Assembly (NCBI GenBank): GCA_017936745.1
Contig: JAGBEY010000011.1
Span: 8,498-72,497 of the forward strand
Direction of reading: 5' to 3'
Source of the DNA: Clostridia bacterium
GTDB lineage: Bacteria > Bacillota > Clostridia > UMGS1840
Length of the DNA stretch: 64,000 nt
In this document: positions 1-7,862 of the stretch, one piece after another
How positions within the stretch are numbered: the first letter of the stretch is position 1
Layout: every line of letters begins with the position of its first letter
Translations under genes and position numbers: made by a program
Notes under the pieces: model-generated
Told to the model about the DNA's origin: nothing
Seen by the model: only the letters and a program-made list of their open reading frames with translations
Database searches by the model: none

Positions 1-1
1 T

Positions 2-676
2 GCAATTACAGCGGACAATTACGATACAGACTGTCAGGATGGAAAACGGAATTTGTTATCTGCCTTGTTTCTGTGTGAAAATTTGGAAAAAACATATCGG
101 GAAAAAGGAATCAATGAGCAGGTTCTAATGAGTACGCTAAGTGATGTTGTTACATATACCAACATTTTCAGCGATTTGAAAAATGAGCTTTCCTTAGGTA
201 GAATGGATTGGATTCTAAAGCTTTTATCGGGAAAAATTTTCCGGCTTGGCAGATTGCAGTTCGGGTTGGAAAAATCTCAGTGGGACATTCGTGAGAAAAA
301 TATAAAAATTGGGGACACCGTCATTCGCTGTTATATTCCTGCAGGCGAAAAATTAACCCGAGAATTGTGTGAGGATTCGTTCTCTCAGGCGAAATCGTTC
401 TTTGGAGCAGAATTTCCTATTTTTGTGAAATCCTGGCTCTTGGATGAAACTTTAGAGGACATCCTTACTGAAGAAAGCAATATTTTAAAATTTCAAACAA
501 TGTTTGAAATTCTTGAAAAAGAGGAATCTGATGCCATTTTACGGTATGTGTTCCGTTGGAATACCAATCGGTTCAGTGTGAAATATGTACCTGCCTATAA
601 CGGATTTTCCGATGCTGTGAAGCAGCAGGCATTAGCAGGAAGAACTTTTTACGAGGGGCTTGGCATTTTGCGTTAA
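2..676 (+). CDS. hypothetical protein, 5'-truncated by window edge (possibly an acyltransferase-domain family; uncertain)
   Basis: Reading frame is open from nt 2 with no stop before the listed start at 53. It ends at 676. I see no motif I can name with confidence. Confidence 0.45.
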   Translation, partial: AITADNYDTDCQDGKRNLLSALFLCENLEKTYREKGINEQVLMSTLSDVVTYTNIFSDLKNELSLGRMDWILKLLSGKIFRLGRLQFGLEKSQWDIREKNIKIGDTVIRCYIPAGEKLTRELCEDSFSQAKSFFGAEFPIFVKSWLLDETLEDILTEESNILKFQTMFEILEKEESDAILRYVFRWNTNRFSVKYVPAYNGFSDAVKQQALAGRTFYEGLGILR

Positions 677-708
677 TGTAAGGAAACACTTTTCTGTGAG
701 GAGAGAAT

Positions 709-1626
709 ATGAAAACAGTTTTTCCGAATTATTACCCTGATTTTCAGTGTATTGCAGGTGCTTGTCGGCACAGCTGTTGTATCGGTTGGGAAATTGATAT
801 TGATGAAGAAACCTGTCAATGCTATCAGAATATTCCCGGTGGATTTGGAGACCGCTTACGAGAAAATATTTCCAGGGAAACTATTCCGCATTTTATCCTG
901 GGAGAAGGGGAACGCTGTCCTTTTTTAAATCGGGATAATTTGTGTGATATCATTTTGGAATTGGGAGAAAATGCGCTGTGTCAGATTTGCACCGACCATC
1001 CCCGGTTTCGTAATTTTTATACTGATTTTACCGAGGTTGGGCTGGGGCTTTGCTGTGAAGCGGCAGCGGAGATTATCCTAAAGCAAACAGAGCCGTTTTC
1101 TCTGATTGGAATGGAAAATTTCAACTTACCTGAGGAGGAAGCAATGCTATTCTCTCTGCGGGAGCATTTGTTCGAGCTTGTGCAAAACCGAACACTCCCT
1201 CTTTTGGAACGGATTCAGAACATACAGAGTCAATACCTGATTGCTTTTCCCAAAAAAACCAATCGGGAATGGGCAGAACTTTTTTTGTCCTTAGATCGGC
1301 TGGAGGAAAAGTGGGGAGAATTGTTGGTTGGGCTTTCCCAAAAAGACACGCTTCCGCCTATGCCAAAGGAGTGGGATATTCCGATGGAGCAGCTACTTTG
1401 TTATTTTCTGTACCGACATCTTCCCGGTGGTTTGGATGATGGAAAATACCGGGAGAGAATCTTATTTTCATTACTGGGAGTCTTTATGATTGCGGCGATA
1501 TGCCGTTTGGTTTGTGCTGACGGCTTCACCATGGAAAATTTAGTGGAAATTGCCCGTATGTATTCCTCTGAAATTGAATACAGCGAGGAAAACACAGCTG
1601 CACTTCTGGAATGGTTGAAACAGTAA
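709..1626 (+). CDS. FliB-family Cys-rich protein (family annotated as flagellin lysine-N-methylase)
   Basis: N-terminal Cys cluster FQCIAGACRHSCCIGWEIDID plus later CPFL and CDII motifs, typical of this family. RBS GAGGAGAG lies upstream of the ATG. Confidence 0.55.
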   Translation: MKTVFPNYYPDFQCIAGACRHSCCIGWEIDIDEETCQCYQNIPGGFGDRLRENISRETIPHFILGEGERCPFLNRDNLCDIILELGENALCQICTDHPRFRNFYTDFTEVGLGLCCEAAAEIILKQTEPFSLIGMENFNLPEEEAMLFSLREHLFELVQNRTLPLLERIQNIQSQYLIAFPKKTNREWAELFLSLDRLEEKWGELLVGLSQKDTLPPMPKEWDIPMEQLLCYFLYRHLPGGLDDGKYRERILFSLLGVFMIAAICRLVCADGFTMENLVEIARMYSSEIEYSEENTAALLEWLKQ

Positions 1627-1666
1627 AAAGGATGGAAAAGTCATTGGCTTTTCCATCCTTTTTTTC
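1626..1666. terminator. bidirectional rho-independent terminator
   Basis: Stem AGGATGGAAAAG/CTTTTCCATCCT is flanked by an A-run and a T-run, between convergent genes. Confidence 0.75.
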
Positions 1667-3766
1667 TTAGAAAATCAGCTTGGAAACCGTTGCGATTACA
1701 AAGCAGATAAAAAATCCGATTACTGTAGGAAGAAGTGCCGAAATTACGGTCCATTTCACACTGTTTGTTTCTTTCTTTATGGTGATAAGTGTAGTGGAAC
1801 AGGGCCAGTGAAACAAAGAAAATACCATGGTGCAAAGTGCTGTGATTTGTGTCCAGCCGTTTTGTAACAGAATTTGTTTCAAGGAGAGTAAGTCCGAAGC
1901 ATCGGTCAGACTTCCGTGAGAAAGATATGCCATCAGCATTATCGGAATCACAATTTCATTGGCGGGAAGTCCTAATAAAAAGGCAGTAAGAATCACCCCA
2001 TCCAATCCGAACCATCTTGCAAACGGATCAAACCATCCGCTGAGATAAGACAAAATAGTTTGCGAACCGATTTCTACATTGGCACAAAGCCATAGCACAA
2101 GCCCTGCCGGTGCGGCTACTGCCAGTGCACGTCCTAATACAAATACCGTTCTGTCCAACATGGAACGAATGAGAATTTTTCCGATTTTTGGTTTTCGGTA
2201 GGGCGGAAGCTCCAGTGTGAAGGAGGAGGGATGCCCTCGCAATAAGGTTTTGGATAACAGATAAGACACCGCAAATGTCATCCCGATTCCTGCTGTTACA
2301 GTTAAGGTTAAACAAAATGCCTGCCATAAAGAAGAATATGGAGAGGTAATGGCAAAAAACATAGAAATCATAGCGATTAGAGTCGGAAACCGACCGTTAC
2401 ATGGCACAAAGCTGTTGGTGAGAATGGCAAGTAACCGTTCTCTCGGAGAGTCAATAATCCGACATCCTACTACGCCCACTGCATTGCAGCCAAAGCCCAT
2501 ACACATGGTAAGTGCCTGCTTTCCGCAGGCTTTACAGCATTGGAAGGCTTTGTCTAAATTAAAGGCAATCCGAGGTAAATATCCCAAATCTTCCAAAAGG
2601 GTAAACAGCGGAAAGAAAATTGCCATAGGAGGAAGCATAACGGATACAATCCAGCCGACCACACGGAAAATTCCGGCACAAAGCAGAGAACAAAGCCACG
2701 GAGGGAGTCCAATGGAAACACACCCTGCAAAAAGGAGCTGCTCTCCGTGGGAAAACAAAGAAGAAAGAAGCTGCGACGGATAATTTGCTCCCGTAATAGT
2801 CAGCCAGAAAATGCCGGCAAACAACAGTAACATCAAAGGAATTCCGGTGAGCTTTCCAGTCAGGAGTCGGTCGATGATACGGTCTCTTTTTTCGTAATTT
2901 TCATCCTCGAAGGTGACTACATCCCTTGCAATTTGTTCTCCCTGTGTCACCAAGGCGGTGGCAACGGTGTCCCGATAGGTATTTTGGGTAAAGTTATGGC
3001 TTCTGAGCAGACTTTTTGCATGGAGAAAGGCGGTGGATATTCCGGCGTCATTAGAAAACTCAAGCGGAAGAACTTCGTCCTCCAAAAGCTTTCGCGCCCT
3101 TTGACGTGTGTAACGAAGTGTATCCCCGGGAAGATATGTAGCAAGAGCAGAAATTGCTTCTTCAATAGGGTCAGGATAGGTAACACAATAAGCAGACTCC
3201 GATGGATGTTGAAGCATTCGCTCCAGTGTTTCCATTAAATTCGGAAGTCCCGTTTTGTTTTTGGCACTGGTTGTTACCACGGGGACACCTAATTTTTGCG
3301 ATAACGCATCAGTGTCAATTCGGATTTTCTTTTTATTTGCTTCATCCATTAGATTGACACACACCACAACCCGATGAGTAATTTCCAATATTTGCAGCAC
3401 CAGATTCAGATTCCGTTCCAGGCAGGTGGCATCGCATACTACAATCACACCGTCCGGATTACCGTAGCATAAAAAATCCCGTGCTGCCTCCTCCTCGGGG
3501 GAATGGGAGAGCAGGGAATAGGTTCCCGGGATGTCAACCAAAATGTAATTGCGATTGTGGTAGGTACAGACTCCGCGCGCATTGGTGACCGTTTTTCCGG
3601 GCCAGTTTCCCGTATGCTGGTGCATCCCGGTCAGTGCATTGAATACGGTGCTTTTTCCTACGTTCGGGTTTCCTGCCAGACCGATTATAAGGTCGTTATC
3701 GCTTTTTGTTTGAACAATAAAATCCGAAGCTGCGGAAGCAGAAAGCTGATTTCTCATAAGCATCAA
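1667..3766 (-). CDS. feoB: ferrous iron transport protein B
   Basis: N-terminal G-domain GNPNVGKSTVFNALTG and DIPGTYSL, followed by a polytopic membrane domain. 699 aa, with feoA directly upstream. Confidence 0.95.
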   Translation of the reverse strand: MMLMRNQLSASAASDFIVQTKSDNDLIIGLAGNPNVGKSTVFNALTGMHQHTGNWPGKTVTNARGVCTYHNRNYILVDIPGTYSLLSHSPEEEAARDFLCYGNPDGVIVVCDATCLERNLNLVLQILEITHRVVVCVNLMDEANKKKIRIDTDALSQKLGVPVVTTSAKNKTGLPNLMETLERMLQHPSESAYCVTYPDPIEEAISALATYLPGDTLRYTRQRARKLLEDEVLPLEFSNDAGISTAFLHAKSLLRSHNFTQNTYRDTVATALVTQGEQIARDVVTFEDENYEKRDRIIDRLLTGKLTGIPLMLLLFAGIFWLTITGANYPSQLLSSLFSHGEQLLFAGCVSIGLPPWLCSLLCAGIFRVVGWIVSVMLPPMAIFFPLFTLLEDLGYLPRIAFNLDKAFQCCKACGKQALTMCMGFGCNAVGVVGCRIIDSPRERLLAILTNSFVPCNGRFPTLIAMISMFFAITSPYSSLWQAFCLTLTVTAGIGMTFAVSYLLSKTLLRGHPSSFTLELPPYRKPKIGKILIRSMLDRTVFVLGRALAVAAPAGLVLWLCANVEIGSQTILSYLSGWFDPFARWFGLDGVILTAFLLGLPANEIVIPIMLMAYLSHGSLTDASDLLSLKQILLQNGWTQITALCTMVFSLFHWPCSTTLITIKKETNSVKWTVISALLPTVIGFFICFVIATVSKLIF

Positions 3767-3830
3767 ATCCTTTCGTTTAAATTTTCAGAAAGAAAATGCA
3801 GGGCTTTTTTGAAAGAAAACCCTGCATTAT

Positions 3831-4064
3831 TCAAGGATTCATTAAAATGGTTTCGGAGTCTTTTTTACGGAGTGCAATGAGTGCACCGCGTATCCGATAT
3901 GCCACAGGATCTCCGGCGGGACTTTTCAGCACACATTCTATTTGTGTTCCCGGAATGATTCCCAAATCCTGCAACCTTCGCCGCATAGTACCCGAGGTGA
4001 GAATTTTAAGAACCGTTGCGTTTTGTCCCATAGGAAGCTGTGACAGCGGAAATATGAAATCCAT
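3831..4064 (-). CDS. feoA: FeoA family iron transport accessory protein
   Basis: 77-aa SH3-like FeoA pattern (LSQLPMGQNATVLKI...RRRLQDLGIIPGTQIE), immediately upstream of feoB. Confidence 0.85.
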   Translation of the reverse strand: MDFIFPLSQLPMGQNATVLKILTSGTMRRRLQDLGIIPGTQIECVLKSPAGDPVAYRIRGALIALRKKDSETILMNP

Positions 4065-4161
4065 AATAGCAACCTCCGGATTGGGAATTTCTTTGGAAAG
4101 TGTTTCCTGCTTTTAATATATGAAAAAAAAGAGAAACTGTGAAAATCTTCCGAAAAAAGAC

Positions 4162-4190
4162 TTGCACTTTCTTATGAAAAGTTGTATAAT
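4162..4190 (+). promoter_or_regulatory. sigma-A-type promoter
   Basis: TTGCAC, 17-nt spacer, TATAAT, about 30 nt upstream of the 4222 CDS. Confidence 0.55.
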
Positions 4191-4221
4191 AAAACTATTC
4201 TGATAAAGTGAGGTTGAAACG

Positions 4222-5109
4222 ATGGAATATGTTTTAGAATATCAAGGAATGAAAGCAATCTGTACCACTACCGGAGCGGAGCTTGTTTCCCTTACCAAAG
4301 ATGGTGGCAGAGAAGTAATCTGGCAAGGGGATGAAACCTATTGGAACGGTCGTAACCCCAATTTATTTCCCATTGTCTGCAGCTTGAAAAACTCCAAAAC
4401 CGTAATCAACGGCGTGGAGTACACCATTCCCAAGCATGGCTTTGTAAGACGAAAAGAATTTGAACTGGTGGAAAAAACTGATAAAAGCATCACCTTTTTA
4501 TATCGTGATAACGAAGAAACCAAACAGCATTATCCCTTTTCGTTCCGGTTTTATGTCACCCATACTTTGACGGAAGATGGGTTTATTACTGAGTATCGCG
4601 TGGAAAATACCGATAAACAGACCATGCTTTTTGGTCTTGGCGGTCACACTGCCTATAATTGCCCTATGAAAGAAGGAGATTCTTTTACCGATTACGAAAT
4701 TCGTTTTTCTGAAACGGAAACTCATCCTGTTTACCAGTGTGTTGCGGAGGATTTAGGCGGGCTGTTATATGAAAGAGGCATCCGCAAGGAATATGAAAAT
4801 GTGTCTGTAATTCCGTTGAAATACGATATTTTTGATTTGGATGCCCTGATGTTTTCCAAGCTCAATTCTAAAAAAATACAGTTGATTCATCAGTCGGGAG
4901 ACTATGGGGTAGAGGTGGAAGTAGACGGTTTTTCCTGCCTGGGAATCTGGACTCCCATAAAAAAAGAAGCACCGTTTTTGTGTATTGAGCCATGGACCAT
5001 TATTCCTGATAAAGAAGACACCACGGGCGTATTTTCCGAGAAACCTAATATCACTGCTTTGGAAGCAGGAAAATCCAAAACCTATTCTTATCGGGTTCGG
5101 TTGATATAG
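4222..5109 (+). CDS. aldose 1-epimerase family protein
   Basis: Mutarotase-like motifs (NLFPIVCSLKN, PKHGFVRRKEFELV, GGHTAY). 295 aa. Confidence 0.75.
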   Translation: MEYVLEYQGMKAICTTTGAELVSLTKDGGREVIWQGDETYWNGRNPNLFPIVCSLKNSKTVINGVEYTIPKHGFVRRKEFELVEKTDKSITFLYRDNEETKQHYPFSFRFYVTHTLTEDGFITEYRVENTDKQTMLFGLGGHTAYNCPMKEGDSFTDYEIRFSETETHPVYQCVAEDLGGLLYERGIRKEYENVSVIPLKYDIFDLDALMFSKLNSKKIQLIHQSGDYGVEVEVDGFSCLGIWTPIKKEAPFLCIEPWTIIPDKEDTTGVFSEKPNITALEAGKSKTYSYRVRLI

Positions 5110-5123
5110 AAAGTGAGACGTAT

Positions 5124-5894
5124 ATGGTAACAAAATATCCCTTCTGGGTTTTGAAAAGTGATGCACGGCGATTGCTGAAAGGCAAGTGGAATGCCGTGGT
5201 GCTGTCCTTGTTTATTCCTTTTTTGCTTTACGTTATTCTGGCAGTAAAACTGGCACAGGCGGTGCCGCAAAATGCATCGGCTGTTCAGCTTGAAAAAATT
5301 ATGATGATACAGTATGCAGGCACCATTGGCTTTTCTGTCTTATTGGAGCTTATTATGGTTGGAATTTTTCGCAATCTTCAGCCAAATCAGGAAAAGGCAA
5401 GCTGCCTGAATATTTACGCTGTGGGATTTGGAAGCTTTTTCAAATTACTTCCCACGATGCTCATTACATTGGGAGTCCCCTTTGTGTGCAATCTGCTGCT
5501 GTCCTCTGATTCGGTAACCAAATTTTATGATTATCTGATGTTCAGCCTGATGAGTATTGAGGTCTATGGCGTTCTGGTACAGCTTGTATCCTTATTTCTT
5601 GAGCTTTTTATGCTGTATCTGACGCTTTCTCTCACAATGGTTCCTTGTATCTTGGCAAATCATCCGACATATGGTGGAATCCGGTTGATAAAGGAAAGCT
5701 TTTCTCTGATGAAGGGAAACCGCTTGTATTTTGTCGCTTTCAGCTTCAGCTTTGTTGGGTGGATTCTTTTGGGCAGTTTGGCATTTACCATCGGTATTTT
5801 ATGGGCATTGGCTTATATGATGGCGGCACAGTATGCTTATTATCGCCGTCTTGCTTTTGAGGCAGAATCAGTGATTGATGTCAATGAAATTTAA
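5124..5894 (+). CDS. DUF975-family integral membrane protein
   Basis: N-terminus ...ARRLLKGKWNAVVLSLFIPFLL followed by multiple hydrophobic spans, typical of DUF975. Confidence 0.6.
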   Translation: MVTKYPFWVLKSDARRLLKGKWNAVVLSLFIPFLLYVILAVKLAQAVPQNASAVQLEKIMMIQYAGTIGFSVLLELIMVGIFRNLQPNQEKASCLNIYAVGFGSFFKLLPTMLITLGVPFVCNLLLSSDSVTKFYDYLMFSLMSIEVYGVLVQLVSLFLELFMLYLTLSLTMVPCILANHPTYGGIRLIKESFSLMKGNRLYFVAFSFSFVGWILLGSLAFTIGILWALAYMMAAQYAYYRRLAFEAESVIDVNEI

Positions 5895-5898
5895 GAAA

Positions 5899-5933
5899 AA
5901 CAACCTCTGAATAGATAGGTTCAGAGGTTGTTT
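5899..5933. terminator. bidirectional rho-independent terminator
   Basis: Stem AACAACCTCTGAA/TTCAGAGGTTGTT with flanking A and T runs, between convergent genes. Confidence 0.8.
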
Positions 5934-5937
5934 TGTT

Positions 5938-6483
5938 TTATGCTTCAAACAGCTTCCCAAGTACCGTTGCGGCAGTGGTAGTCAGCTTTTTTTCTGTGTC
6001 TCCCAAGGTGGTGTGTATATCGGTGGAATATAAAATTACAGAGCCAATAACATCTCCCTCGGAAATAATAGGAACAACTGTGCCGCAAAGATAATCATTG
6101 TTGCGGTCCAGAAGATGAAGTCTGGAGTCGGAAAGATTTGTCACAAAATAGGGTTCTCGGTTTTGCAGAACCGTCTCAATTTCGGAAGAAATTTTCTGGT
6201 CGGTCAGTTCTTTTTTTCCTGCCCCCGCCGCACAGATAATGGTATCTGTGTCAGTAATTACTGTGTTGTGACCGCTGATTTTATATAACGCGTCTGCATA
6301 TTGGGAGGCAAAGTTTCCAAGCTCACCAACGGCTGAATATTTTTTGAAAATTACTTCGCCTTCTTTATTGGTGAAAATTTCCAGCGGGTCGCCTTCACGG
6401 ATTCTCATAGTACGGCGGATTTCCTTTGGTATTACTACACGACCAAGGTCGTCTATTCTTCTAACAATTCCTGTTGCTTTCAT
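5938..6483 (-). CDS. spoVT: stage V sporulation protein T (AbrB-family regulator)
   Basis: AbrB/SpoVT N-terminus MKATGIVRRIDDLGRVVIPKEIRRTMRIREGDPLEIF plus a GAF-like C-terminal domain. 181 aa. Confidence 0.9.
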   Translation of the reverse strand: MKATGIVRRIDDLGRVVIPKEIRRTMRIREGDPLEIFTNKEGEVIFKKYSAVGELGNFASQYADALYKISGHNTVITDTDTIICAAGAGKKELTDQKISSEIETVLQNREPYFVTNLSDSRLHLLDRNNDYLCGTVVPIISEGDVIGSVILYSTDIHTTLGDTEKKLTTTAATVLGKLFEA

Positions 6484-6589
6484 ATATAAATTGCTCCTTT
6501 TTGTTTTTTGTTACGAGCTTATTATTTGCAACTGTGGAATTTTTATGTAAGGAAAAAGGTGGGAAATCAATTTATGAAAATTTTTATAG

Positions 6590-6618
6590 ATTGACAAGAA
6601 AAGAAGGGAATGTTATAA
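6590..6618 (+). promoter_or_regulatory. consensus sigma-A promoter with no CDS downstream
   Basis: TTGACA, exactly 17 nt, TATAAT. The next credible CDS on this strand is about 390 nt away. Confidence 0.6.
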
Positions 6619-6624
6619 TTGGCA

Positions 6625-6745
6625 TATACAGAATTTTATTTTATAAAATTCTTAAAAGTCTGACGGCTTTCTGTAGTCTTTCAGCCTGCGTATGCCAATT
6701 GACGGCGTCGTAAAAATGCCCTTGCAAGCAAGCATTTTTACTCCT
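6625..6745 (+). ncRNA. candidate small structured RNA or leader (family unknown)
   Basis: Lies just downstream of the consensus promoter. Closing helix is GGCATA...TATGCC. Inside is a perfect 9-bp hairpin, GAATTTTAT/ATAAAATTC. The 3' hairpin AAAAATGC..GCATTTTT is followed by T residues. Confidence 0.25.
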
Positions 6746-6755
6746 GGTAGAATGA

Positions 6756-6797
6756 GTTGCATCTTTTCTATCACCTGATTATATAATGAGATTTATA
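6756..6797 (+). repeat. repeat module P, copy 1 (promoter-like: TTGCAT ... TATAAT GAGATT)
   Basis: About 35 nt are shared with 14948-14983: TTGCAT.TTTCT..C.TGATTAT.ATATAATGAGATT. Confidence 0.7.
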
Positions 6798-6896
6798 CTA
6801 TATCGAGTTTTTTGTAAAACGAAAAACAAATCGAATTTACAAAGTAAAAATAACGAGCCATCAAGGATTTCGTATCGGCAGATTTTTTGTTCCTGT

Positions 6897-6943
6897 CTTG
6901 ACACCAAAAAGGTTTGCATCTAAACCTTATGCCTCGCAATTAA
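6897..6943 (+). repeat. repeat module A, copy 1
   Basis: CTTGACACCAAAAAGGTTTGCATCTAAACCTTATGcCTCGCAATTAA is near-identical to 9055-9101. It contains the hairpin AGGTTT/AAACCT. Confidence 0.85.
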
Positions 6944-7004
6944 GTATTGTATGAAAAAGTCAGGAACAAAGAATAGACAAACAAGAATTTGGAGAGGGGA
7001 TTGT

Positions 7005-7136
7005 ATGGATAAAGAAACTCAAAAATGGCTTGCTATTATTAGCATATCTATCGCAGTAATAGTTATTTTAATACTCTTGCTTTCGGGATATGAACTTAGT
7101 GGATTTGAAATACATAGAGGGATTAAGATTAACTAA
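7005..7136 (+). CDS. small single-pass membrane protein (43 aa)
   Basis: RBS GGAGAGGGGA lies 5 nt before ATG 7005. Sequence MDKETQKWLAIISISIAVIVILILLLSGY has one TM segment. Confidence 0.45.
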   Translation: MDKETQKWLAIISISIAVIVILILLLSGYELSGFEIHRGIKIN

Positions 7137-7154
7137 GTTCCAATTTGTTGGCAG

Positions 7155-7211
7155 TTTTTTTGTTCTAATTTAATATGAGCTACATGGATATGTCGAATGA
7201 TGTCGAAAGGA
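7155..7211 (+). repeat. repeat module B, copy 1
   Basis: TTTTTTTGTTCTAATTTAATATGAGCTACATGGATATGTCGAATGATGTCGAAAGGA matches 8607-8662 with few substitutions. Confidence 0.85.
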
Positions 7212-7213
7212 AA

Positions 7214-7262
7214 AGCCTCCCTTGCCTAAAGGGAGGGGGACCACCGAAGGTGGTGGAGGGAT
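7214..7262. repeat. left inverted repeat framing the DUF559 gene
   Basis: AGCCTCCCTTGCCTAAAGGGAGG (7214-7236) is the exact reverse complement of 7638-7660. GGAGGGAT (7255-7262) pairs with ATCCCTCC (7612-7619). Confidence 0.9.
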
Positions 7263-7264
7263 AT

Positions 7265-7648
7265 ATGGATAGAAAACATAACACCAATTTAACAACTAAT
7301 GCAAGAATGTTGCGTAAGAATATGACAAAAGAAGAACGACATCTCTGGTATGATTTCTTGAAAAGTTATCCTGTTAGATTTTTAAGACAAAAAGTAATTG
7401 ATAATTACATAGTTGATTTTTATTGTCATAGTGCTAGATTAATCATTGAACTTGATGGCTCACAACATTACGAAGAAAAAGGATTAGTGAAAGACGAAAT
7501 CAGAACTGAAAGAATAGAACAACGAAATCTAACAGTTATCCGAATACCTAACAATGAGGTTAACAGAAATTTTGAGGGGGTTTGTCAATATATTGATATT
7601 GCGGTAAAAGAATCCCTCCGTCAGTCTGCGACTGCCACCTCCCTTTAG
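7265..7648 (+). CDS. DUF559 endonuclease-domain protein (Vsr-like fold family)
   Basis: Motifs MTKEERHLWYDFLK...FLRQKVIDNYIVDFYCHSARLIIELDGSQH. RBS GGAGGG precedes ATG 7265. The listed start at 7175 only translates repeat B and the left inverted repeat. Confidence 0.8.
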   Translation: MDRKHNTNLTTNARMLRKNMTKEERHLWYDFLKSYPVRFLRQKVIDNYIVDFYCHSARLIIELDGSQHYEEKGLVKDEIRTERIEQRNLTVIRIPNNEVNRNFEGVCQYIDIAVKESLRQSATATSL

Positions 7649-7660
7649 GCAAGGGAGGCT
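7612..7660. repeat. right inverted repeat framing the DUF559 gene
   Basis: Reverse complement of 7214-7262, with a divergent central ~17 nt. It encodes the C-terminal tail of the ORF. Confidence 0.9.
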
Positions 7661-7665
7661 AAGCT

Positions 7666-7714
7666 GCATCTAAACCTTATGTGTCGCAATATGGATATGT
7701 CGAAAATTGACGAA
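7666..7714 (+). repeat. hybrid repeat: module A core fused to the 3' half of module B
   Basis: GCATCTAAACCTTATGTGTCGCAAT (A core) is directly followed by ATGGATATGTCGAAAATTGACGAA (B 3' half). Confidence 0.8.
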
Positions 7715-7723
7715 TAAATAAAG

Positions 7724-7839
7724 CCTTCCCCTTGAGGGGAAGGTGGCAGCGAAGCTGACGGATGAGGTGGAACAGAATAACGATTGCATTCGCAATCTAC
7801 ACCTCACCACCGCCTACGGCGGAGCCTCTCCTCAGAGAG
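7724..7839 (+). repeat. cluster of five GC-rich hairpins
   Basis: CCTTCCCC..GGGGAAGG. GAGGTG...CACCTC enclosing GATTGC..GCAATC. CCGCC..GGCGG. CTCTC..GAGAG. GC-rich within an AT-rich context. Confidence 0.7.
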
Positions 7840-7862
7840 AAGCCTTTGAAAGGAGCAAGAAA

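Noticed and set aside
1401-4116. Antisense and alternate-frame ORFs inside the fliB-like gene, feoB and feoA
   Set aside because: They are overlapped by genes with clear family motifs and have no independent start signals.
5645-5860. 71-aa ORF inside the DUF975 gene; similar internal ORFs occur in the spoVB, MscS, PBP2 and mreB genes
   Set aside because: These are alternate-frame ORFs nested in longer, motif-supported genes.
6897-6943. Module A as an ordinary promoter (TTGACA...TAAACC) or as an integron attC site
   Set aside because: The -10 candidate TAAACC is poor. The sequence lacks the RYYYAAC/GTTRRRY attC cores and the bulged-hairpin layout. It is kept as an unexplained repeat module.
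7175-7264. Listed N-terminal extension of the DUF559 ORF (MSYMDMSNDVERKSLPCLKGGGPPKVVEGY)
   Set aside because: It is a translation of repeat module B plus the left inverted repeat. A GGAGGG RBS precedes the internal ATG at 7265, which gives a normal-length DUF559 protein.
7743-7862. Listed GTG-initiated N-terminal extension of the YdcF-like ORF
   Set aside because: It reads through the GC-rich hairpin cluster. AAAGGAG precedes ATG 7863, and the protein from there begins with the expected TM helix.
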